Positions 46,149 to 55,568 of a stretch of DNA of 64,000 bases are shown in pieces. The DNA lies in NCBI GenBank assembly GCA_937625935.1, contig OW569364.1, positions 124,001 through 188,000 of the forward strand. Reading direction: 5' to 3'. The notes under the pieces were generated by a model. That model did not search any database and was not told the DNA's origin. It saw only the letters and a program-made list of their open reading frames with translations. The position numbers and the translations under genes were made by a program. This DNA comes from Tetramitus jugosus. Lineage: Eukaryota > Protista > Heterolobosea. Each line of letters begins with the position of its first letter. Positions within the stretch are counted from its first letter, which is position 1.

Positions 46149-46724
46149 TTAGAGAAAGTAGATTGTCACGTCTGATAACTTGACACGCTCAAGAATCACC
46201 AGCAAATTCTTTCTAAAACCTGTAATCAATTTCTCATCTGTCTCAACAAGATAAGGTCTGAATTGATCATCAGGCAACATCACTGCAGAGACCCAAACTC
46301 GACGAATCTGCTCCCTCTCCCAGCACTGAATCAGCTCAACACTTGTTTCAGACAATTTCAATGTCACCTCTTTCTCGGACAAGCATCTATCAATAGGCTC
46401 AAACACAAACTCATTACTCGATGTTGATTTCTTTCCTTTGTACAGCAATTTCACTGTCTGATTTCTCGGAACGAACACAGTCACATCCTCTCTCACTAAT
46501 TTTTTCAAGTAAGATCTCTCTTTTTCAAATGTATTTCCCCAAAAGTATATCAAAGGGCCGTTGATGGCGCAGCATCTTCCTCGCACCCTCTTCTTTCTAT
46601 CGGTCACATGGAAAGTGAACTGTCTCTGGTCAACTACTTTTTGGAGGCATATGAAATGGTTCACTTGAACTTCTTGCGCTGGAAGGTTTACTTGTACACA
46701 ATCTTGAATGTTATGCATCTCCAT
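46149..46724 (-). CDS. Tandem paralog 3, diverged eIF5A-like protein
   Basis: As above; the 3' half is nearly identical to paralog 2 at DNA level. Confidence 0.65.
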   Translation of the reverse strand: MEMHNIQDCVQVNLPAQEVQVNHFICLQKVVDQRQFTFHVTDRKKRVRGRCCAINGPLIYFWGNTFEKERSYLKKLVREDVTVFVPRNQTVKLLYKGKKSTSSNEFVFEPIDRCLSEKEVTLKLSETSVELIQCWEREQIRRVWVSAVMLPDDQFRPYLVETDEKLITGFRKNLLVILERVKLSDVTIYFL

Positions 46725-46803
46725 CTTTCTTCTGTTTTTTTTCAGAGTGGCAATGTGTTTTTGGAACTGGGTTTTTGTATTGAACTCAGGGAGATTACAA
46801 AAA

Positions 46804-47967
46804 CTACGGCATAACGTGAAGTTGTTGGGTGGGGCTCTTGTTACCTTTGCCGCGTACTAGGAGAGATGCCCGCTTCATTTGGTTTGTTGGTGGGAGTTTC
46901 CTTTGGGTAGACGGCCGAGAGTCCTTCGTGAATCGAACACTGCCATTGGAACAAATCGAAGCTATTTTGTGGTCTGAAAGAGCTGAGGTAGGTCTGACTA
47001 TTAGCTGTTCAGGATAGTATCCCAATGTTGAATTACTTCGAGACAAGACACCTATAGTAGGTTCTATTTTGTTCGGTTTAGGGTGATCAATCCTCATTTG
47101 AAGTTGAAGACGACTTAATCTCCCCTCCATATCAATTCGGTCAACTTTCATCTTTTCAATCTCGGAGTCCTTGTCTCTCAACTGTTTCCGTAGAGCGGCT
47201 ATTAGATGATTGTTGCTTTCCAACACTTCTTGACCTCTAGGATCATATCTTCTGTGTTCCCTTTGAGTGTTCATACTCACTAACTTTAGTCTTCTTTCTA
47301 AATCAGTTAATTGAGCTTCTAGAGTTTCGTTCTTCTGGATCCACATTTCCTTCTCTTCTTGAGTTCGCATTAACTGTTCATAGACGATATTTGTATTCAT
47401 GTTCTTTGGAGACCTTACAAACCCATGACTTGGGTCGTTCAAAATATCAGGTAGTGTGAACTGCTTTGATTCAAGTTCTGCTATTCTCTTTAGCATGATT
47501 TTCTCCTTTTCGTCATAATCAGCCTTACAAGTATCCATCTGTGCATTTAGCGCCGATAATTCCTTCTTCAATTTGTCCATCTGTTCTCTTAACAGTTCAT
47601 TTTCTTTTGTTAATGATTTTATCGATGTTTGTTCTTTGGTTGTAACATGCTGAGGTATTGCAACTGGAATGATGTCATTCTTTTTAGATCGAATTCCCAC
47701 TGGTGACCTGACCATGTACTGTAGATCTGTGCGCGGTGTTAGCGACCAAGACAAGTACTCGTCGTTTGATATGTTCATCAGAGAAGATATCGCATTTCCT
47801 TCCATTGAGGACAATGTCAATTCCTCCTCTTGCTCTTCGTCCTCTTGGTTGGCTGGCTCTTCGTCGTTCCTAGGAAGGAACCTTTTCAGGTCTAACTGAG
47901 GTTTCTTGAATGTTTTCACTTTGGAAGGAGGTTGTTCCTGTTTTGCAAAATTGTCGTCTTCATCCAT
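46804..47967 (-). CDS. Coiled-coil hypothetical protein
   Basis: 387-aa ORF with long E/K/Q/L heptad-like stretches. Confidence 0.7.
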   Translation of the reverse strand: MDEDDNFAKQEQPPSKVKTFKKPQLDLKRFLPRNDEEPANQEDEEQEEELTLSSMEGNAISSLMNISNDEYLSWSLTPRTDLQYMVRSPVGIRSKKNDIIPVAIPQHVTTKEQTSIKSLTKENELLREQMDKLKKELSALNAQMDTCKADYDEKEKIMLKRIAELESKQFTLPDILNDPSHGFVRSPKNMNTNIVYEQLMRTQEEKEMWIQKNETLEAQLTDLERRLKLVSMNTQREHRRYDPRGQEVLESNNHLIAALRKQLRDKDSEIEKMKVDRIDMEGRLSRLQLQMRIDHPKPNKIEPTIGVLSRSNSTLGYYPEQLIVRPTSALSDHKIASICSNGSVRFTKDSRPSTQRKLPPTNQMKRASLLVRGKGNKSPTQQLHVMP

Positions 47968-48329
47968 GACCTTCTTCTTTTTTTGAAGACTCTCGGTTCA
48001 AGATTGGTTCGTAGAATGATCGGTTGAATTTCACCGGTCGCACAGAGAAGTAGACCAAAACTCGAATGTTCACCAAAGATCTTGGACCAATAAGAGTTCT
48101 GAACTTCTTTTACATTCACTAAAACATTATCATACAGGGGCAACAACTCAGATACACTTGATACTTGCCAACAAATTTACAACACGTGTGGAAAATTGCA
48201 ATCTAATTTTGGAATTGGAACAAAAAAAAAGCTTGCGAAAAACACCTCAAAACAACATCAAACAACAACTCAACTCGCCCAAAGCGATCTTATTCTTTTT
48301 TCCTCACCTATCACAACAAAAAAAAGAAA

Positions 48330-49696
48330 ATGACAGTCGTGCAAAGTATTCTCCATTGGTTGTACTCCATCTTCCGTCCGTGCTTCAACTTTCGTCTCTT
48401 TGGTGGCGCATCCAACTCTGCCAACAACAACGCAAGTGCCTATGCTACGTTGGATGACGATGAAGAAGATACGGATTCACATCCTCATACACCATATCAT
48501 AGCATGTACAATGAGACATCAAAGCTATTGAAATTGATTCATGATCAATATGGAAATGTTCATCCCAATTTCTATACGAGTGGTGATTTCAAGTCCGTGA
48601 CTGATTTAGCGAAACGTCAATACAAGGTATTGCTCGTGTATTTGCACTCGGATGATCATCAGGATACTCCTGATTTTTGTAGGTATGTGTTGTGTGTGTT
48701 GGGTGACAAGACAAATTTTTCATGATTCATTGATTTGTTGTCATCTTGCCATTTTATTGTTGTTGTTATTATTGCATTTTTTTTGTAATGTTGATTGTTG
48801 TCTCACACGAGTGGTGTCAATCTTGTGTGTCTTTGTATCTTTGTGTGTTTGTTGTTGTTGTTGTTGTTAGAAATGTACTGTGCACAGAAGCATTCAAGGA
48901 ATATGTCGATGAAAACTTTTTGTTCTTTGGTGCCAATGTGTCGAGTCGGGGTGGTTTCGAACTCAGTGCTAGTTTGAGAGCTACGACTTTTCCATTTTTC
49001 GCTGTCATCTATGTTGTTCAGTCACAGGTCAATGTTGTTGCGCGATTGGAGGGCTCTGATGTCTTGGATCTCGATTCTCTCATGGTTCGATTGATGGACG
49101 CACATGACAATGCACTTCCACAACTAGTTGTACAACAGACAGAAGACAGTGACCGCAGTTCGACAAGAAGACAAATTGAAGAACAAGATTTGGCATTTAA
49201 GGCTGCGTTGGAGCGAGATAGACAAGCTGCAGAGGAGAAACAGAGAAGAGAACGAGAAGAACAGATGCGAATCGAACAGGAAGAGAGGAAACAGAGAGAG
49301 AAGAAGGAGAGATTTGAGAGAATTCAGAAACAACGATCTCAAATGAAGGCCAATTTGGCACCGGAACCCGATGTGCCCAATGCAGAAATGCGAAAGCAAG
49401 GCGTGTCATTGATCAAGTTTAAGCTACCGAACGGATCTCAACTGCAGAGAAAGTTCCACAAGGATGACAAGATTGTTCGACTGTACGAGTTTGTTCATAC
49501 TTTGGATTCTTCGATGAGTTCCTGGGTTCCTAATGAGAAGAGCGATGTGACAGATTATGAACTGACATTGAACATGCCAAAAAAGTTGTTGGATCCAAAT
49601 TCAACCTTGTCCGAGAGTGGTTGCTTCCCAAATGCACAAGTGTTTGTGCGTGAGACGTATTATGAGGATGAAGACGAGGAGATCACATTGGCTTGA
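48330..49696 (+). CDS. FAF2: UAS + UBX domain protein (FAF2/UBXD8-like p97 adaptor); intron 48683-48870
   Basis: YG..HP.FY.G, KVLLVYLHS.DH.DT..FCR.VLC, EEQD.AF..ALE.DR, KLPNG...R.F. Confidence 0.88.
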
Positions 49697-50002
49697 ATAA
49701 ATCATGTATAACTGTAGTCACACTTGTGTATGTATTTCTTCGTCAGTCTATTCAACGTGTATCAGCGAAAATGATGGAATATTGGTGTTGTTTCATGTAC
49801 TCGCGTTCAATGTGACAAAACCAATCTTATGGCATGTAGCCGTGATAAAAAATAAACTCTGAAGAATTAAGAATGCTTAGTAGGGGATTGAGAAAACAGA
49901 AGAAGAGAACCCTTGAATACTATGTTCCCGTCAAACAGTCCATACAATTCATGTTCGAGCTGGCGTTCGAGTTCAGAGCTCTGATTTGATTGTTGCTGCC
50001 TG

Positions 50003-50050
50003 TCTATTTGAAATGGGAAGAGGTGGTTCCACCATTGTATGAACGTAGAC
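50003..50050 (-). pseudogene. Truncated 5S rRNA gene (nt 1-48)
   Basis: Reverse complement matches the first 48 nt of the intact copies with 1 mismatch, then diverges just before box A. Confidence 0.9.
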
Positions 50051-50371
50051 ACTGTTAAGTGGAATTAACCTACTTCCGCGCCCTGCTGTGCAAAATTCAA
50101 GGAATGACGGAAGAGAGGTAGATGCCCTCGAACTAGAGATACAACTGCCAAGAAAGCTAAAACATACGTGAACAGTGTGAAGCGGATGTATCTCACGACC
50201 CTCAATCACCTGTTCACATCAACTAAAGAAAAACAGAAGAAATGACGCTCTACGAGCTTCATTGGGACATAATGTAGATAACCAGGGCCAACGGCCGAAA
50301 TGGTTGCATAAAAAAACAAAATGGCTTGTCGTTGGTCCTTCCTATGTCGATTGCTTATTTCTGACGACCCT

Positions 50372-51358
50372 TTAACACAAAATACATTTTCCACTCGCGT
50401 TTCTGCGCATGTAATATCCGATGAGTGCGCATCTTGCCAGAGTGTCATGAAACTCCACATGTAGATTCTGTCCGCTGAGTGCACTGGTTTCTATGTACAA
50501 CATACAGTTATGGTGTTGGGCCAAGCACTCTCCTTCTTCTTGCGTGACCATATCCAAAACATTCGATAAAGGATGAGAAGGTCTGTCTCTCAAATCGATT
50601 TTGGTTCCCACTAACATTGCGATTGCTTCAGGCCAGTGATGCATGATTTCAAACAACCACTTCTTTGTAATGTTCTGAAAGCTCGAATGATTGACAACAG
50701 AGAAGCACACGAGGAAAATATCAGTGTCTGGATAGGATAGAGGTCTCCACCGGTCATAGTCGTCTGACGCAGCAGTGTCCCAAAATATGATTGATCTTTT
50801 CAATCCTCCCCACGTTGTCTCAACACGATAATTTTCCATTACATTGTAGTACTCTGGGAAATACTTTTGATCAGCTCTGATTTGTAGACGTGTCTTACCC
50901 ACGGATCCATCTCCTATGACAACAACCTTGATGTTATCCAGTTTTTTCTTCTTCACTTGAATCATGTCAACAGAGAACTCATCTAATCCATTGAAGCCAA
51001 GGTATTTATGATGTGGACGATCCAATATTGAAGGTACAGTAACCATGTCTTTCTTTCTTTTTTCAATAACGTCAGACAAGACTTGTTTTAGAAGCAGTAC
51101 TTTGTCCCTGTAGTTGCTCACGGATTGGCTGCGCTCCAGAAAACTCGATTTAATGGATTCATATCTAGGACGATCAATGACAGAATGAAACACAGGCTCC
51201 CACAAGTGATTGTGCCCTGTTAGTTCAAACATGTTCCATGACTTTTGCGCAAGCCTCGCGTGACTCAAGTCACAAACTTCCAAGAAGGACAGAATAACAA
51301 GTGAAACGTCATCAGGCAATAGCCAATGCAAGTCACTCTCCTGTTCAAGTTCACACAT
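50372..51358 (-). CDS. F-box + Rho/Rac-like GTPase fusion with CAAX
   Basis: LPDDVSLVILSFL...DL...RL..KSW (F-box); KVVVIGDGSVGKT, WDTAAS, RPLSYPDTDIFLVCFSV, GTKIDLR, ETSAL; ends CILC. Confidence 0.88.
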   Translation of the reverse strand: MCELEQESDLHWLLPDDVSLVILSFLEVCDLSHARLAQKSWNMFELTGHNHLWEPVFHSVIDRPRYESIKSSFLERSQSVSNYRDKVLLLKQVLSDVIEKRKKDMVTVPSILDRPHHKYLGFNGLDEFSVDMIQVKKKKLDNIKVVVIGDGSVGKTRLQIRADQKYFPEYYNVMENYRVETTWGGLKRSIIFWDTAASDDYDRWRPLSYPDTDIFLVCFSVVNHSSFQNITKKWLFEIMHHWPEAIAMLVGTKIDLRDRPSHPLSNVLDMVTQEEGECLAQHHNCMLYIETSALSGQNLHVEFHDTLARCALIGYYMRRNASGKCILC

Positions 51359-51561
51359 TTGTTGTTCGACTCGTTCAGGTTGTTTTTTTCTTCCCTAGTG
51401 GGGAATTTCAGATTTTCCCACAACCTTTCCTGCCTTCAGTCATCTATGGACCATGAGGGTGCTAAAATCTGCACAAGTGCTGTTACTGCCCGCTTTTGCG
51501 CGCTCCGGCATCTACTTGTGGCACCAGAAACGGCCAAAGTATGTGAAAAAACAGGATAGAT

Positions 51562-51680
51562 GTCTACGTTCATACAATGGTGGAACCACCTCTTCCCATT
51601 TCGAATAGAGAAGTTAAGCACCATCTGGCTGAGTTAGTATTGAGATAGGAGACTACTCGAGAACCCTCAGTAATGTAGGC
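51562..51680 (+). rRNA. 5S rRNA gene, copy 3
   Basis: Identical 119 nt followed by TTTT; shares ~37 bp of upstream flank with copy 1. Confidence 0.95.
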
Positions 51681-51721
51681 TTTTGCAATTTCTTGACTTT
51701 GCCCAATCAAAAGAGAAAAAC

Positions 51722-52114
51722 ATGCAAGCGTGTCCAGTGTGCCAATCTGATCTGATCCAAGTGAGATTGCACTCAGATAGTCAAGAACGCATGATCCTTT
51801 GTTCGAACACATCATGTCATTATCCCATGTTTGAAGAAAAGCCAATCTCTCATTTCCTCATTCCACAAGCTGCACCTAGAGCTAGTCAAGTAACAGAGTC
51901 CGTTGGAACTTCCTTTCAAAGTGAGGTTCCATTGTCGCGTCACCAAAGCTCCATCCCAACACGAGAAGCAGCAGCACAAGAAGAGCAATCAGTTGTCAGT
52001 GCACAAGTCACGACAACAGTAACAGAAAAAGCAACTGTTGAGACACAGAGTCATCCTCCAGGAAATCAGAACCAAGGCACCTTTTCATTCATCGAAGATG
52101 ATACTTTCCTGTAA
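51722..52114 (+). CDS. Small protein with N-terminal zinc ribbon
   Basis: MQACPVC...LCSNTSC.YP (CxxC...CxxxxC) followed by a disordered tail. Confidence 0.6.
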   Translation: MQACPVCQSDLIQVRLHSDSQERMILCSNTSCHYPMFEEKPISHFLIPQAAPRASQVTESVGTSFQSEVPLSRHQSSIPTREAAAQEEQSVVSAQVTTTVTEKATVETQSHPPGNQNQGTFSFIEDDTFL

Positions 52115-52293
52115 GGCAGCAGCATCACATCAAAACTCACCGTATCGGGGAAAAACTCTTGGTTCCAAAATGGAAGTGCCACAAGGGCTGTTTCTGAACA
52201 AAGGTCGAATTGATGCGCATCCCTTTTCTTTGAAAGAGCAAAAAACAAACGAACAACGCTTCCATCACAATAACTAATTCATATAGTGTAAAT

Positions 52294-53549
52294 ATGTCTT
52301 CACATCAGAAGCAACAACAAAAGAACGGTGAAAACAATGTAAGTCAATTCAAAAAAGTAGGTGTCATTTTCAATCCAGCTGCCAACAAGGGATATGCCAA
52401 GATCATGTTCGAAGAATTGGTTCATCCATTGTTGATCAAGTACTTTGGAGAGAGAATTCATCAAGTGTTTGAAACGAGAAAGGCAGGTGGTGGTTTCGAT
52501 GGTGCAGTTCAAATGGCAAAAGAAGGATGTGATCTTATTTTAGCTTGTGGTGGTGATGGCACTCTTCACGTATGTATTTGTCGTGTTTGTTTGTTTTGTG
52601 ATTGTTGTTTTGAATAAATGGTTGCTTGAAGCTTAGCTGGTCAACGAGCTTAATTGTCGAATGAGATTTTTACTAAACACGCTTACTTTTTCTTTTTGAT
52701 GTGTGCGAGTAGGAAGTGGTCAACGGTTTGCTAAAGAAGGCACAGAACAGTGATGCACAAGAGTTGTTGCCTGCCATCTCAGTGTTACCATTGGGAACAA
52801 GTGATGATTTTGCTACGCATGTTCAACTCTCGTGCAAGTGTGTTCCTCAGTTGAGCAAGGAAGCAGCATATGAGTCGTTTGTGGAGTCCTTGAGTCGATC
52901 AGGAACAGTTTTGAATATTGATATTGGCTCAGTGACTGCCACAAAGGTCTCTATCAATCAAGAAACACAAGTGTATGATAAATTGAACGAGCAGAATACT
53001 GAATATTTCATTAATGAAGCATCGTGTGGTATTGGAGCGGATGTGATCGATACGGTGAACAGAGCATCGAGTCTGTGGAACAAGGCATTCTACAATTCAT
53101 TCCAAGCACTGTGGAAACAGTTCACTTATCAGAACAGAGACTTGGAATGGAAGTTAACAAATGAGAATGATGAAACAGTTGTGGATTCTGGTGTGAGCCA
53201 ACTGCTTGTGATGGGCAATGCACGTTACTTTGGTAATGGTATGATGATTTGCCCTGATGCACTTTTGAATGATGGACTGTTCCAGATTACACATCTGAGC
53301 AATGTAAATGCAGTCAACGCACTGTCAATCATTCCAAAGTTGTTCAGCGGAACACAGTCGCAACATCCAAAGGTGACACATCACACTGCCGTCAAGGCAG
53401 AGGTTTCCTGCATACGTTCAGATGCTGATGCTATTGTATTGATTGAGGCCGATGGTGAGATTGCTGGTGCTCTGCCTGCTACTTTTTCAATTGTCAGAGA
53501 TGCCATACGGTTTGTAGTGCCTTCCACGCATCCATTGTACGGACACTGA
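52294..53549 (+). CDS. DAGK/YegS/sphingosine-kinase-like lipid kinase; intron 52570-52712
   Basis: IFNPAA, GGDGTLH|EVVNG, PLGTSDDFA, GN.RYFGNG, EADGE. Confidence 0.9.
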
Positions 53550-53721
53550 TTGTTGACGTGACCATGATGACGCGTGTGTGAAAGATAAAAAAAGAATCCA
53601 TGTGAGCAGCAAACTCTTTTTTCTGTTCTGAACAGAACACACGAACAAAATCTTTCTAATTCGAACAAACCCACACAACAACAAGGATTACACACAACAA
53701 CTATCATAGCTTCTCTCTGTC

Positions 53722-55371
53722 ATGTCGTCTCACAACAACAATTCGATTCCTCCTCTTCACCAAACACTCTTGGCTGACTATGTGATCATTGGTGCAGGAT
53801 CATCTGGCTGTGTCATTGCTCACAAATTGGCCAAGACTTTCAAGAACGATCGAATCATTGTACTGGAAGCTGGAGTGAGCAATGATTTGTCATTTGTTCG
53901 AGATTTTAGAGAATCCTTGTACATGCCATCGGACGAAGTACCAAAGATTGACTGGAATTATCAGTCAGAGGTGCAACGTGGTCTCAACAATCGAGTTTTG
54001 CCAGTCTCGAGAGCCAAAATGCTAGGAGGATGTTCCTCTCATAACCAATGTCTCTATGTGAGAGGATCACCTGCCGATTATCAATACTGGCCTTCGAATT
54101 GGTCCTACAGTCACGTTCTCAACAACTTTAAGAATATTGAGACTGTGATGGACGATGATCTCAAGGGTCCATTTAGAGGAACCAATGGACAATTGAAGAT
54201 TTCTTCGTTCCACAGTAGAAAGAACGAGTTGACTACACACTTCCATAATGCATGTGTTCAATCTGGATACAAGCACGTTCAGGACTATAATGTACCATTG
54301 CCCGATCATGATCAAATCTGTTCTTACATGCAGTTCAATGTAGGATGGGAAGACAATAAGAATCATCGACAAGACGCCTATACGACTTTCTTGAAGCAAG
54401 TTGAGAATCAATCCAATGTGGAACTGATTACTCAGGCACATGTTTCAAGAATTTTGTTCAAGCATGATCCAAGTAATCCATCGATTGAACCAGTTGCATC
54501 TGGTGTAGAATTTTATAGACATGGTAAGAGATATGTGATTGAAGTGAAGGAAGAAGTCATTCTGTCTGGAGGAGCCATTGGTAGTCCTCAAGTTCTTCAA
54601 TTGTCTGGTATTGGTGATGCAACTCATCTGCGTTCTGTGGGTGTGCCATTGGTCAAGGATTTGCCTGCTGTTGGAAAAGAGCTGCAAGATCATTTGATTA
54701 CCTTGGTCATGCATAAGATGGATGAACCTTTACACACCGAGCATGGTAATCTTGTTGATGTCAACATGTTTGTCAAGAACCAGAGCGATGGCACATATTA
54801 TTTGCAAATGTACAATATCATGTTCCAAAGGGGTATTCCACTGTTTGGTGTTGAACCCAACATGTTTGGTTGTGAGTCTATCCTTTTGACTCCTGATAGT
54901 AGAGGTGCGGTGCTCATCAAGACGAACAAGCACACCGACGATCCAGCAATCAACTTTAACTTTTTGGACAAGGAGAGAGATTTGAAGATAATCATTGAAG
55001 GCATTAGAAGAATTCGTAAGATTATTGATAATTTGGAGAATGTGAAAGCACAGGAGATTGCTCCAGGAAGAGACAAGCAATCAGACGAGGACTTGACAGA
55101 ATACATCCGTAATGTTGCTTTCCCAATCTTCCATCCAGCTGGAACTTGCAAGATGACTCAACATTTTGATAAGCAAACATCTGTTGTTGACTCGAGATGC
55201 AGAGTTTGGGGTGTGAAGAAACTGAGAGTTGCTGATGCTTCCATTATGCCACGTATCGTCTCTGGAAACACCAATGCCCCCAGTTTGATGATTGGCGACA
55301 AGTGTGCTGAGATCATTATCGAGGATAGATCAAAGTCCAACAACAATTTCCCTCTTTATTCCCACTTGTAA
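53722..55371 (+). CDS. GMC oxidoreductase (choline dehydrogenase-like)
   Basis: DYVIIGAGSSG, LEAG, LGGCSSHN, GAIGSPQ.L.LSGIG, FHPAGTCKM, LRVADASIMP..SGNTNAP. Confidence 0.95.
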   Translation: MSSHNNNSIPPLHQTLLADYVIIGAGSSGCVIAHKLAKTFKNDRIIVLEAGVSNDLSFVRDFRESLYMPSDEVPKIDWNYQSEVQRGLNNRVLPVSRAKMLGGCSSHNQCLYVRGSPADYQYWPSNWSYSHVLNNFKNIETVMDDDLKGPFRGTNGQLKISSFHSRKNELTTHFHNACVQSGYKHVQDYNVPLPDHDQICSYMQFNVGWEDNKNHRQDAYTTFLKQVENQSNVELITQAHVSRILFKHDPSNPSIEPVASGVEFYRHGKRYVIEVKEEVILSGGAIGSPQVLQLSGIGDATHLRSVGVPLVKDLPAVGKELQDHLITLVMHKMDEPLHTEHGNLVDVNMFVKNQSDGTYYLQMYNIMFQRGIPLFGVEPNMFGCESILLTPDSRGAVLIKTNKHTDDPAINFNFLDKERDLKIIIEGIRRIRKIIDNLENVKAQEIAPGRDKQSDEDLTEYIRNVAFPIFHPAGTCKMTQHFDKQTSVVDSRCRVWGVKKLRVADASIMPRIVSGNTNAPSLMIGDKCAEIIIEDRSKSNNNFPLYSHL

Positions 55372-55568
55372 AGGATCCAATTCGCATTACAATACCTCGC
55401 ATTTCATTGTATCACAGAAAGCAATGATTTTCTCCGATGCAATCTCCCGCGCATTCTTCATCTTTTTGGTTGAACGAAAAGCTCCAGCCAGTTCTCGAAG
55501 ATCAACAACGAACGGACACAAAAAAAAATCATCGCACAAGAAAAACAACAAAATCACTTACACAAAAA

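Noticed and set aside
40941-51680. Repeated 119-bp unit as a CRISPR repeat, SINE or small-ORF family (ORFs 51436-51624, 51570-51845, 49867-50052)
   Set aside because: Length, terminal stem, internal boxes and TTTT terminator identify it as 5S rRNA; the overlapping ORFs are incidental.
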